A stretch of 32,000 bases of DNA, taken from the NCBI RefSeq assembly GCF_000284115.1, contig NC_017080.1:1800001-1832000 (forward strand), written 5' to 3'. Numbering within the stretch: position 1 is the first letter of the stretch; each line of letters starts with the position of its first letter. Positions 18,285 through 26,738 of this stretch are shown in pieces. The notes beneath the pieces were generated by a model. That model saw only the letters and a program-made list of their open reading frames with translations, was not told the origin of the DNA and did no database searches. This DNA comes from Phycisphaera mikurensis NBRC 102666. Its GTDB lineage: Bacteria; Planctomycetota; Phycisphaerae; Phycisphaerales; Phycisphaeraceae. Both the position numbers and the translations under genes were made by a program.

Positions 18285-19948
18285 CACCCGGCGGGACCGG
18301 CGGGGGCCGCGGCGACGGCGGCGGCCTCGATCCGCGGCGACGCGTTCGCGTCGAAGGCGCGGTCGGCCGAGTCGAAGGCCCACGCGGCGAGGAAGGTCCC
18401 GCCGACGACCAGGCCCACGGCGGCGGCGATGGCGACGCCGCCGCGGAAGGGGGCGTACAGCAGCGGGCCGGCGTCTTCCGCGGCCCGATTGCCGGGGCGG
18501 CGGCCACCGAGCGCGGTGACGGCGATCCTCAGGTAATACACCGCGGAGATCGCCGAGTTGATGACCAGGGCGACCACCAGCGGCCAGAGGCCCATTTCCA
18601 TCACCGGCAGCGCGAGCACCACCTTGCCGACGAAGCCGATCAGCGGGGGAACGCCCATCAGCGAGAGCATCGACAGCAGCAGCGCGAGCCCGAGCACCGG
18701 GTGCCGGTGACGCAGGCCCGCCAGGTCGGTGTAGCCAGGCGAGGACTCCGCCTCCTCGGCGTCGGGGCCCTCGGAGGCGACCGAGGGGGTACGCAGCAGC
18801 CCGATGATCGCCATCGCCGTCACCGTCGCCAGGGCGTAAGAGAGCAGGTAGAAGAGCAGCCCGGCGAGGCCGTTGCCGGCACCGGCAACCGACAGCAGGC
18901 CCTCGTCGTCGGGGAGGGCGGTGGTGCCGGCAAGCACCGCCGGGCCCGCGAGGAGCCCGAGCACCAGGTAGCCGGAGTGGGCGACCGAGCTGTAGGCCAT
19001 CACCCGCTTGAGCTTCGTCTGCACGAGGGCCAGGACGTTGCCCAGCGTCATCGTGATCACCGCGATCACCGACAGCAGCACGACCAGCGGCACCGGCAGG
19101 GGCCAGCCGACGGTGCCGAGCACCAGCACCAGGGCGACGAAGCCGGCGGCCTTGGGCACCACCGCGAGGTAAGCGGCGACCGGCGTCGGAGCGCCCTCGT
19201 ACACGTCGGCGGCGTAGCCGTGCATCGGGAAGCAGGCCGTCTTGAAGCACAGACCGACGATCGCGAGCGCGAGCCCCGCGAGCATCAGCGGCGTCGGGCC
19301 GGTGGCGGCGACGGAGAGGCGGATCGCCTCGAGGTCGGTGAAGCCGGTGGCTCCGTACACCAGCGCGAACCCGTAGAGGAAGACCGCCGCCGACATCGCG
19401 CCCAGGAAGAAGTACTTCACGGCCGACTCGTGCGCGCCGGCGGTGGGCCGGGCGGTGGCGATCATCACGTAGGTCGGCAGCGAGACCAGCTCGAGCGCGA
19501 GGAAGAGCCACACCAGGTCGCCCGCCGCCGCCACCATGCCCAGCCCCGAGAGCGAGAGCAGGAAGAAGGCGTAGTACTCGCCCTTGATGGAGCGGCCCGG
19601 GTTGAAGCCGCCGGCCTCCGCGGGCGAGGCACCCGCGGGGGCCTCGCCCGAGGCGTGCCGCTCGGCGCGGTCGGGCAGGCCGATGCTCACGCCCAGCAGG
19701 CCCAGCCCGAGCGTGTACCCCAGCACCCGCACCCAGGTGGTGAGGCCGTCGTAGCCCATCGGGCTGGCCCCCGAACCGACCACGACGGCAACGATCAGGG
19801 CGGCGAGCAGCGAGATCGCCGCGACGCCCGGCGTCCAGCGGCGGGCGGTGGGGCTGGCGTGCAGCCCGGTCACCAGGCACGAAACGGCACCCATCAGCAG
19901 GACGATCTCGGGCCAGAGCGTGGCGATCTTGTCGGCGGTGGAGGTCAT
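18284..19948 (-). CDS. nuoN: NADH-quinone oxidoreductase subunit N
   Basis: 554 aa, multi-TM, with 'ESAVKYFFLGAMSAAVFLYGFALVYGATG', 'AVITMTLGNVLALVQTKLKRVMAYSSVAHSGYLVLG' and 'LLSLMGVPPLIGFVGKVVLAL'. Confidence 0.95.
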   Translation of the reverse strand: MTSTADKIATLWPEIVLLMGAVSCLVTGLHASPTARRWTPGVAAISLLAALIVAVVVGSGASPMGYDGLTTWVRVLGYTLGLGLLGVSIGLPDRAERHASGEAPAGASPAEAGGFNPGRSIKGEYYAFFLLSLSGLGMVAAAGDLVWLFLALELVSLPTYVMIATARPTAGAHESAVKYFFLGAMSAAVFLYGFALVYGATGFTDLEAIRLSVAATGPTPLMLAGLALAIVGLCFKTACFPMHGYAADVYEGAPTPVAAYLAVVPKAAGFVALVLVLGTVGWPLPVPLVVLLSVIAVITMTLGNVLALVQTKLKRVMAYSSVAHSGYLVLGLLAGPAVLAGTTALPDDEGLLSVAGAGNGLAGLLFYLLSYALATVTAMAIIGLLRTPSVASEGPDAEEAESSPGYTDLAGLRHRHPVLGLALLLSMLSLMGVPPLIGFVGKVVLALPVMEMGLWPLVVALVINSAISAVYYLRIAVTALGGRRPGNRAAEDAGPLLYAPFRGGVAIAAAVGLVVGGTFLAAWAFDSADRAFDANASPRIEAAAVAAAPAGPAG

Positions 19949-21702
19949 CGGGTGGCTCCGCCTTGGGCGGGGGTCGCGGCCTCGGCGGCCGGGGCGGTGG
20001 CGGAAATCAGCAGCGTCTCTTCGCCGCGGACCGCGGGCGTTCCGGCGACCATCGCCGCGCGGTCCGCGGGCACGAAGCGGGCGATGGCCAGGTCGGCCTT
20101 GCCGAGGAAGGACTGCGGAAAGAAGCCCAGGAACACGCACAGGAACGCGAGCGGGGCGAGCATCACGACCTCGCGGGGGACCAGGTCGGCCGGGCGGGCG
20201 ACGCCCTCGGGCAGCTTCAAGGCGCCGAAACACAGCAGGGCGACCAGCCGCAGCAGGTACATCGCGGCGAGCACGACGCCCAGCGTCGCCAGCACCGCGA
20301 AGGGCCAGGCGATGCCACCGGCGCCGCCGGTGGAGTTGAACGCTCCAAGCAGCGTCATGAATTCGCCGACGAAGCCCGACAGCCCGGGAAGGCCGACGCT
20401 GGCCATCACGAAGAAGAGGAGAAAGGCCGACAGCACCGGCGTCGCCGAAACCAGGCCGCCCACGCGACGCAGGTCACGCGATCCGGTCCGCTGCTGGATC
20501 AGCCCGATGCACAGGAAGAGTCCCGCCGCCGCCGCCGCGTAGCCGGCGACGTAGAGCATCGCCCCCGCGGCCCCGGCCCGGTCGGCGTCGAGCGCGAAGA
20601 GGCCCAGCAGGGCGAAGCCCATGTGCGAGACCGACGCGTACGCCAGCACCCGCTTCGCGTCCCGCTGCACCCAGCCCACCAGGGCGGCGTAGAGGATGCC
20701 GGTGACCGCGAAAACCGCCAGCAGGTTGCCGTGCTCGCCGATCGCCAGCGGGCACAGCGGCAGCGCGAAGCGGAGCAGGGCGTAGGGGCCGAGCTTGAGC
20801 GCGAGGGCCGCCGCGTCGAGGGCACCGCTCTGCGGCGTCGCGGCCTGGATCGTCGGAAGCCAGCCGTGAAGCGGCCAGATCGGCGACTTGAGGGCGAAGC
20901 CGGCGAGGAAACCCAGCAGCATCACGCTCTGCTCGGTCGGGCTGCTGACCGAGCCCACGATGGCGAGGTGATCGAACTCGAAGCTCCAGCGGCCGGTGGC
21001 CGCGGCCGCCACGCTGGCGGCGTAGAGGATCGCCGCGAGCGCCAGCAGCGAGCCGCTGAAGTTGGTGAAGAAGTAGATCCTCGCCGCTCGGGCCCGCTCC
21101 TCCGCGGTGCCGGTGCCGAAGCTCTTGGTGAGGAAGAACGCCGGCAGCAGCGACAGCTCGAAACAGGTGTAGAAGAAGATCGCGTCGGTCGCGATCACGC
21201 ACCCGGTCAGGCTCGCCTGGAGGGCGAGCAGCCAGCCGTACCACGCCCGGGCCCCGCGGCGGCGGCCGGCGTCGGGCTCGCCCTCGACCGCGAGGACCGC
21301 GACCAGCGACAGCAGCGTCACCAGGAAAAGCAGCCAGGCCGAGAGCCCGTCGACCCCGTAGCCGAAGCCGAGCCCGATCGCCGGCAGCCACCCCACGACC
21401 GCGCCGAGCTGGTACCCGCCCCGATCGGCTTCCACGCCCGCCAGCACGACCGCCGCGAGCGCCACCGAGATCCCCGCGATGGCCGTGGCCAGCAGGCGGG
21501 CCCCGGCGGCGTGATGCCGGCCGAAGCCCAGCAGCATCGCCGTGGCGGCGAGCAGCGGGAGGAGCAGGAGCAGGGGGAGCAGGAGGGACAAGCGGGGTCT
21601 CGGGGGCGGCGTGGGGTCGGGGGCCGCGCGGAGCTGGTGGCGGCGTGAGGTCGGTCGCGGGTGAGCAGCGGGAGGGCGGTTCGCACGGCCGCGGACCGTC
21701 AT
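19945..21702 (-). CDS. nuoM: NADH-quinone oxidoreductase subunit M
   Basis: 'YTCFELSLLPAFFLTKSFG', 'FALKSPIWPLHGWLPTIQAATPQSGALDAAALALKLGPYALLRF', 'RVLAYASVSHMGFALLGLF' and 'VGLPGLSGFVGEFMTLLG'. The start may be internal to the called ORF. ATGA overlap with nuoN. Confidence 0.94.
   Translation of the reverse strand: MTVRGRANRPPAAHPRPTSRRHQLRAAPDPTPPPRPRLSLLLPLLLLLPLLAATAMLLGFGRHHAAGARLLATAIAGISVALAAVVLAGVEADRGGYQLGAVVGWLPAIGLGFGYGVDGLSAWLLFLVTLLSLVAVLAVEGEPDAGRRRGARAWYGWLLALQASLTGCVIATDAIFFYTCFELSLLPAFFLTKSFGTGTAEERARAARIYFFTNFSGSLLALAAILYAASVAAAATGRWSFEFDHLAIVGSVSSPTEQSVMLLGFLAGFALKSPIWPLHGWLPTIQAATPQSGALDAAALALKLGPYALLRFALPLCPLAIGEHGNLLAVFAVTGILYAALVGWVQRDAKRVLAYASVSHMGFALLGLFALDADRAGAAGAMLYVAGYAAAAAGLFLCIGLIQQRTGSRDLRRVGGLVSATPVLSAFLLFFVMASVGLPGLSGFVGEFMTLLGAFNSTGGAGGIAWPFAVLATLGVVLAAMYLLRLVALLCFGALKLPEGVARPADLVPREVVMLAPLAFLCVFLGFFPQSFLGKADLAIARFVPADRAAMVAGTPAVRGEETLLISATAPAAEAATPAQGGATR
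20024..20069. repeat. Perfect 12-bp inverted repeat with CCGCGGACCG core inside the nuoM 3' end
   Basis: CCGCGGACCGCG (20024-20035), a 22-nt spacer, then CGCGGTCCGCGG (20058-20069). Confidence 0.6.
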
Positions 21703-21727
21703 GGGACCGGCCCGGACGGGCCGGGCG

Positions 21728-23914
21728 TCAGCCCGCGGCGGCGGTCTGCACGCCGGCGGGTTGGAGGTAGGCCGCCGCGAAGAGCAGGAGCAGCGCGAGG
21801 CCGGCGATGCCGGCGAGCATCAGCACCGCGTGGCCCTGCAGCCGGCCGCTCTGGGCCGGTTGCAGCGTGCGGCCGGTGGCCGAGGGCAGCAGCCCCAAAC
21901 CCGCGAAGAAGCCGCCCACGAGCAGGCCGTCGGCGGCGCTGAGCAGTTCGGCCATCAGCCGCAGCGGCGTCACGATCATCCGGTCGTACAGGCCGTCGAT
22001 CCGCCAGCCGTCGCGGAGGAAAGCGACGACGCCGGTGATCGAGCCGACCAGGCGGTCCCGCAGCCCCGGCTGGAACAGGTGGAAGACCGCCGCGAGCACG
22101 ACACCGAGCACCGCGAGCAGCGCCGCCATCGTCTTCACGGCCTTGTGCGCGTCCACGCCGAAGAGCGCCTGGTGGTGGAGGCCGTGCCCGCCACCCTCGG
22201 CGACGCCGTGAGCGGCCACCGACCCGGCGTGATCGGCCGCGTGCGGCTCGACCAGGGCGAGGTCGGCCGCCAGCTGCGCCACGTAGCCGGCGCCGACCAG
22301 GGCATCGAAGAGGAAGAAGCCCAGCAGGGTGGACCCCAGCGCGAGCAGCACCAGCGGGAGATTCATCGGCCACCAGGGCATCTCGTGCGGCCCGTGGCCG
22401 TGGGCGTCGTCGCCATCGCCATCGCCCACCGCGCCCGCGTGCGCCTCCGTCTGCGACACCGCCGCCGCGTGAGAGGCGTCGTCGTGGCCGTGGTCCGGCC
22501 CCATCTCGAAGCGCTCGGGTCCGCAGAAGACGCGGAACCACAGGCGGAAGGTGTAGAAGGCCGTCAGCCCGGCGGTGAAGAGCCCAACCCACGCCGCCGA
22601 GGTGTACACCCACCCCAGCCCGCGCCAATCGGCCACGCCCACGGCCATCGCGTCCCCGAGGATCTCGTCCTTGGAGAAGTAGCCGGCGGTGAGGAAGGGC
22701 ACGCCCGCGAGCGAGAGGCAGCCGACGAGCATGAGGGCCATCGTCACCGGCATCTTCCGCCGGAGGCCGCCCATCGTGCGGATGTCCAGCTGCCCGGCGA
22801 GGGCGTGCATCACGCTGCCGGCGGTGAGAAAGAGCAGCGCCTTGAAGAAGGCGTGGGTGAACAGGTGGGCCACGCCGCCCGCCGACATCGCCCCGACGCC
22901 GACGAACATGTAGCCCAGCTGCGAGACCGTCGAGTAGGCGAAGACGCCCTTCAAGTCGGTCGAGCACAGGGCGATCGTGGCCGCGAACAACGCGGTGAGC
23001 ACGCCGATCCCGGTCACGACCGCCAGCGCCGTTGGCGACAGCTGGAACACCGGCATCATCCGAGCGACCAGGTAGACACCCGCGGTGACCATCGTCGCCG
23101 CGTGGACGAGCGCCGAGACCGGCGTGGGGCCGGCCATCGCGTCGGGCAGCCACACAAACAGCGGCCCCTGCGCCGACTTGCCGAAGGCTCCAAGCATCAG
23201 CAGCAGCGGGATCCACGTGTGAACCGCCTCGCCCGAGCCCGCCGGGCCGACGTCCGCGAGCATCCCGCGGGCGGCGTCGAGCACGTTCAGCTCGCCGTGC
23301 AGCGACAGCGTGCCGTACTGCTGGTAGATCAGCATCAACGCGATCAGCAGGCAGAAGTCGCCGATCCGATTCACGATGAAGGCCTTCTTCGCCGCGGCGA
23401 CCGCGGTCGCGGTGGTGCGGTAGTGCCCGATCAGCAGGTAGCTGCACAAGCCCACGCCTTCCCAGCCCAGGAACAGCAGGACGAGGTTGTCCGCCATGAC
23501 CAGCGTGGTCATCGCGAAGAGGAACAGCGCGACCCCGGCAAAGAAGCGCGCGAAGCCGGGGTCTCCCCGCATGTAGCCGACGGCGTAGATCGCGATGAGC
23601 GAGCCCACGCCGGTGATGACGAAGAGCATCACCCGCGTGAGATCGTCGACGGCGTAGCCGAAGCCGACGCGGAGGTTTCCGCTCTCGAACCAGGTCCAGA
23701 GCGTCGTCAGGTCGGTCGCGCCCGCCCGGCCGCCGAGGCCGCCGAGCAGCGTGAAGGCGAAGCCGACCAGGATCGCCCCGGCGCAGATCCACCCGGCGAG
23801 GGGTTCGCCTCGGCGGGCCGCCGCCGCGTCGCTCCCGCCCCGGAAGGCGAGCGCGCCGCAGGCGATGGCGGCGAGCAAGGCGATCCAGGGGATGAGGGTG
23901 ACGAGCGCGGTCAT
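21728..23914 (-). CDS. nuoL: NADH-quinone oxidoreductase subunit L
   Basis: 728 aa. 'DDLTRVMLFVITGVGSLIAIYAVGYMRGDPGFARFFAGVALFLFAM', 'FLGWEGVGLCSYLLIGHY', 'LFVWLPDAMAGPTPVSALVHAATMVTAGVYLVARM' and 'LKGVFAYSTVSQLGYMFVGVG'. Confidence 0.97.
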   Translation of the reverse strand: MTALVTLIPWIALLAAIACGALAFRGGSDAAAARRGEPLAGWICAGAILVGFAFTLLGGLGGRAGATDLTTLWTWFESGNLRVGFGYAVDDLTRVMLFVITGVGSLIAIYAVGYMRGDPGFARFFAGVALFLFAMTTLVMADNLVLLFLGWEGVGLCSYLLIGHYRTTATAVAAAKKAFIVNRIGDFCLLIALMLIYQQYGTLSLHGELNVLDAARGMLADVGPAGSGEAVHTWIPLLLMLGAFGKSAQGPLFVWLPDAMAGPTPVSALVHAATMVTAGVYLVARMMPVFQLSPTALAVVTGIGVLTALFAATIALCSTDLKGVFAYSTVSQLGYMFVGVGAMSAGGVAHLFTHAFFKALLFLTAGSVMHALAGQLDIRTMGGLRRKMPVTMALMLVGCLSLAGVPFLTAGYFSKDEILGDAMAVGVADWRGLGWVYTSAAWVGLFTAGLTAFYTFRLWFRVFCGPERFEMGPDHGHDDASHAAAVSQTEAHAGAVGDGDGDDAHGHGPHEMPWWPMNLPLVLLALGSTLLGFFLFDALVGAGYVAQLAADLALVEPHAADHAGSVAAHGVAEGGGHGLHHQALFGVDAHKAVKTMAALLAVLGVVLAAVFHLFQPGLRDRLVGSITGVVAFLRDGWRIDGLYDRMIVTPLRLMAELLSAADGLLVGGFFAGLGLLPSATGRTLQPAQSGRLQGHAVLMLAGIAGLALLLLFAAAYLQPAGVQTAAAG

Positions 23915-23984
23915 GCGGGCGGGCGGGGGGCGGGTTCGGGAGCGGCGGCGGGGCGGGCGGAAGCGGGCGGCGAGCGGGCTCGGA

Positions 23985-24308
23985 TCAGCCGCGGAGCTGC
24001 GCCCAGGCGGAGGCGTCGAGCGTCTGCTTGCGGCGGAACAGCAGCACCACGAGGCCCAGCGCAAGCGCCGCCTCGGCCGCGGCCACCGTGAGCACGAAGA
24101 TCGTGAAGGTCTGCCCGCTGAGGTTCCCGTGGAAGCGGCTGAAGGCGACCAGCGAGACCACCACGCCCTGGAACATCATCTCGGTGCAGAGGAACATCAC
24201 GATGAGGTTCCGCCGCGTGAGGAAGCCCACCAGGCCCAGGCAGAACAGCACCGCCCCGGTCAGGAGGAAGTGGCTGAGGGTCAGCGTCGAGAGGGCGGCT
24301 TCGGGCAT
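23985..24308 (-). CDS. nuoK: NADH-quinone oxidoreductase subunit K
   Basis: 107 aa. 'HFLLTGAVLFCLGLVGFLTRRNLIVMFLCTEMMFQGVVVSLVAFSRF' and 'TIFVLTVAAAEAALALGLVVLLFRR'. Confidence 0.96.
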   Translation of the reverse strand: MPEAALSTLTLSHFLLTGAVLFCLGLVGFLTRRNLIVMFLCTEMMFQGVVVSLVAFSRFHGNLSGQTFTIFVLTVAAAEAALALGLVVLLFRRKQTLDASAWAQLRG

Positions 24309-24355
24309 GGGGCTCCGCCGCGGCGAGCGGCGGCGGGTTCAGCGTTCGTGCGGGA

Positions 24356-25444
24356 TCAAGCGACCTGGACGACCTCGGCCCCGCCGATGCCGGCCTTCTC
24401 GGGGCCCTGCTCGATCGGTTCCGTGGGCTTGCGGCCTCGGCCGCGGGAGGGATCGTCCGCGTCGTCCTCGCGTGGGACCTGCGTGTTGGCGATGACGACC
24501 GCGCCCACGAGGCTCAGCAGCAGGATGACGCCCGCCAGCTCCACCGCGAGCGGGTTGGCCTGGAACAGATCGAGGCCGACGCGCTGCAGGTTGGTGACCG
24601 GGCCCGGCGCCTCGGCGAGAGCCTCCAGCGTGGGGGCGGGGTCCTCGGCATCCAGCGGCGGTGCCACCGCGCCGCTCACGACCAGCGCGGCATCGGGCAC
24701 GGCCACGGCGGCGCCGGCCGTGGTCGCCGGCGGCGGGCTGGCCTCCACCGGGATCACCGCCGTCACCGCCTCGCGCGTTGCGACCAGCCGGTCGATGCCC
24801 GCCTGGTTGTCCAGCAGCAGCGACACCTCCGCATCGCTCGCAGCGCGGGCGAGCGGGTTGGGCTCCTGCGGCTGGAAGATGAAGGAGAGCAGCACCGCCA
24901 GGAGCACGAATGCCGTCGCCACCGCCCAGAGCGGCTCACGCGCGTACTGCTCGTAGTCCGGCAGGTCGTCCGCGTCGTCGCCGGCCCGCGGCTCGGTCGC
25001 GAGCATGATCACGAACATGTAGGTCACGAGGATCGCCCCGCCGTAGATGATCACCATCGCGAACGCCATGAACTCCGCCGCGAGCACGAGGAACAGGCCC
25101 GAGGAGGCGATGACGACCATCACGAACCAGAGCGCCGAGTAGACCGGCCGCGGGTGGGTGATGACGCGGACCGCGGAGACGATGCCCAGGGCGCTGAAGA
25201 CGTAGTAGAAGACCAGGCCCGAGGCGCCGACCCCCGTGTCCGCGATGCCGTCGCCGCGGAGCAGCGGGCTGAGCAGGATCCAGGCGGCTCCGACCGACGC
25301 CACCCCGAGCAGCGCCCCGGCACCGGCGAGGTACTTCAACCGGAAGGGCGCATCCGCGGCGCGGCGCGGCATCAGGCAGAACAAAGCGACCGCCCCGAGG
25401 ACGGTCGCGAAGTAGAGCACCAGCTGCGTGGGGACGCCATCCAT
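24356..25444 (-). CDS. nuoJ: NADH-quinone oxidoreductase subunit J, extended
   Basis: 362 aa. 'VTQ/PTQLVLYFATVLGAVALFC'-type TM1, 'HPRPVYSALWFVMVVIASSGLFLVLAAEFMAFAMVIIYGGAILVTYMFVIML', and final TM 'LAVELAGVILLLSLVGAVVIA'. Confidence 0.93.
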   Translation of the reverse strand: MDGVPTQLVLYFATVLGAVALFCLMPRRAADAPFRLKYLAGAGALLGVASVGAAWILLSPLLRGDGIADTGVGASGLVFYYVFSALGIVSAVRVITHPRPVYSALWFVMVVIASSGLFLVLAAEFMAFAMVIIYGGAILVTYMFVIMLATEPRAGDDADDLPDYEQYAREPLWAVATAFVLLAVLLSFIFQPQEPNPLARAASDAEVSLLLDNQAGIDRLVATREAVTAVIPVEASPPPATTAGAAVAVPDAALVVSGAVAPPLDAEDPAPTLEALAEAPGPVTNLQRVGLDLFQANPLAVELAGVILLLSLVGAVVIANTQVPREDDADDPSRGRGRKPTEPIEQGPEKAGIGGAEVVQVA

Positions 25445-25526
25445 GAGCGGCGGGACCATAACCGGTTCCGCCCGCGGCGGGGAGAGCGGGAGGCGTCCGC
25501 GACGACCACTCGACGGCTGCGCGCAC

Positions 25527-25576
25527 GCCCGCGGACCGTGCCGGCAAAAGGCCCGTGCCCCGCACGGTCCGCGGGC
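25527..25576. repeat. Perfect 15-bp inverted repeat with CCGCGGACCG core in a divergent intergenic region
   Basis: GCCCGCGGACCGTGC (25527-25541), loop cggcaaaaggcccgtgcccc, then GCACGGTCCGCGGGC (25562-25576). Confidence 0.85.
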
Positions 25577-25630
25577 CCCGCCTCCCGGCGGCGGGCGCGT
25601 AGCCTCGCGGCCACCCGCTGCTCTGCCCGC

Positions 25631-25972
25631 ATGCGTCCGAACCCACCCCGCACGCCCGATGGCCGCTACCTCGTGGTGCGGGGCCGCCTGTGGCGGGCGA
25701 CCGATCCGTCGCTTGGCCCCGCCGAGGCGGCGCGGCTGAAGAGCGACCTCGGGAAGGCGCGGGCCGACGTGCGTGCCGCCCGCCGCGCCGGCGACGCCGA
25801 GGCGCTCGCCGAGGCCGGCCGGCGGGTGGACGCCGCGAAGGTCGGTCTGGGCGAGCGAGGGCCGGTGTGGTGGGACGACGACGCGCCGGACCTCAACCGC
25901 CACCTCGCGAAGAACACGCCGTACCGCGCGTGGTGGCGGAAGCTGGAGGCCGAGCGGAGCGGGAGGGGCTGA
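25631..25972 (+). CDS. Small conserved hypothetical protein
   Basis: 113 aa 'MRPNPPRTPDGRYLVVRGRLWRATDPSLGPAEAARLKSDLGKARADV...AKVGLGERGPVWWDDDAPDLNRHLAKNTPYRAWW', a recognisable widely distributed small-protein pattern. Confidence 0.8.
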   Translation: MRPNPPRTPDGRYLVVRGRLWRATDPSLGPAEAARLKSDLGKARADVRAARRAGDAEALAEAGRRVDAAKVGLGERGPVWWDDDAPDLNRHLAKNTPYRAWWRKLEAERSGRG

Positions 25973-26008
25973 GCGGATCCCGCTCCAAGCGGAGCCCTCC
26001 GCTCCGCG

Positions 26009-26023
26009 GCCGGACCATCCGGC
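26009..26023. terminator. Short hairpin between convergent genes
   Basis: GCCGGA CCA TCCGGC located between the stop at 25972 (+) and the stop at 26030 (-). Confidence 0.35.
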
Positions 26024-26029
26024 GGCTTC

Positions 26030-26566
26030 TTAGAAGACCAGGGCCGCGGCCACGAGCACGAACATCGCGATGGCGATGCCGAGCTTGCCGACCGAGCCGG
26101 CGAACTTGCCGATCGCGGCACCTCTGCCGGCGGCCCAGACCGCGGAGAGGTCGCGGCCCGCCCAGGCGTCGCCGAGCATCGAGCCGGCGCCGGCGCCGAC
26201 GCTGGCGCCCAGCAGCGTCCCGACGATCGGGATGGGCAGGGCGAACGTGCCGCCGATGGCGCCGGCGATGCCGCCGGCGATCGCGAGCAACGCCCCGCGT
26301 CGGCTGCCGCCGGCTTGACGCGAACCCAGCGCCCCGGCGACGGCCTCGACGACCTCCCCCAGCAGCGCGAGGCCGCCGAGGGCGGCGAGCGTGCCCCAGC
26401 CGATCCAGCGGAGCCCGGGATCCGGGCTCCAGCCCCACCACGCCGCGGCCGCCGTGGCCGCGAGCATCAGCCAGGTGCCCGGTAGCTGCAGCGCCACCAT
26501 CACGACGCCGGCCGCGTTGGTCAGCAGCAGGGCGGCGGCGACGAGCAGGAGCAGCGCGAGGTCCAT
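26030..26566 (-). CDS. DUF456 domain-containing membrane protein
   Basis: 178 aa. 'VVMVALQLPGTWLMLAATAAAA', 'LLGEVVEAVAGALGSRQAGGSRRGALLAIAGGIAGAIGGTFALPIPIVGTLLGASVGAGAGSMLGD'. Confidence 0.85.
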   Translation of the reverse strand: MDLALLLLVAAALLLTNAAGVVMVALQLPGTWLMLAATAAAAWWGWSPDPGLRWIGWGTLAALGGLALLGEVVEAVAGALGSRQAGGSRRGALLAIAGGIAGAIGGTFALPIPIVGTLLGASVGAGAGSMLGDAWAGRDLSAVWAAGRGAAIGKFAGSVGKLGIAIAMFVLVAAALVF

Positions 26567-26738
26567 GGCAGGGCAGCGGCTCCGCCGCTCGGATTCAGAA
26601 GCTAAGAAGAGAAGAAGCGGGTGGGGCGGGCAGGACGCGGCGGCGACGCCGACCGCTTCCTTGCTCATCGCTGACTCCTGCTGTTGCTCTTGCCGGCTGT
26701 TTCTCCTTCTTGAAGGATCGCTCGTCTTCGCTCGCGCT

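Noticed and set aside
21807-24495. Multiple small plus-strand ORFs over nuoL/nuoK/nuoJ
   Set aside because: They are antisense to highly recognisable transmembrane nuo subunits. Their composition mirrors the complement of hydrophobic codons.
26567-26738. Search for tRNA or small RNA in the spacer between the DUF456 and ABC-2 permease genes
   Set aside because: No cloverleaf, no clear terminator and no conserved motif could be recognised by eye.
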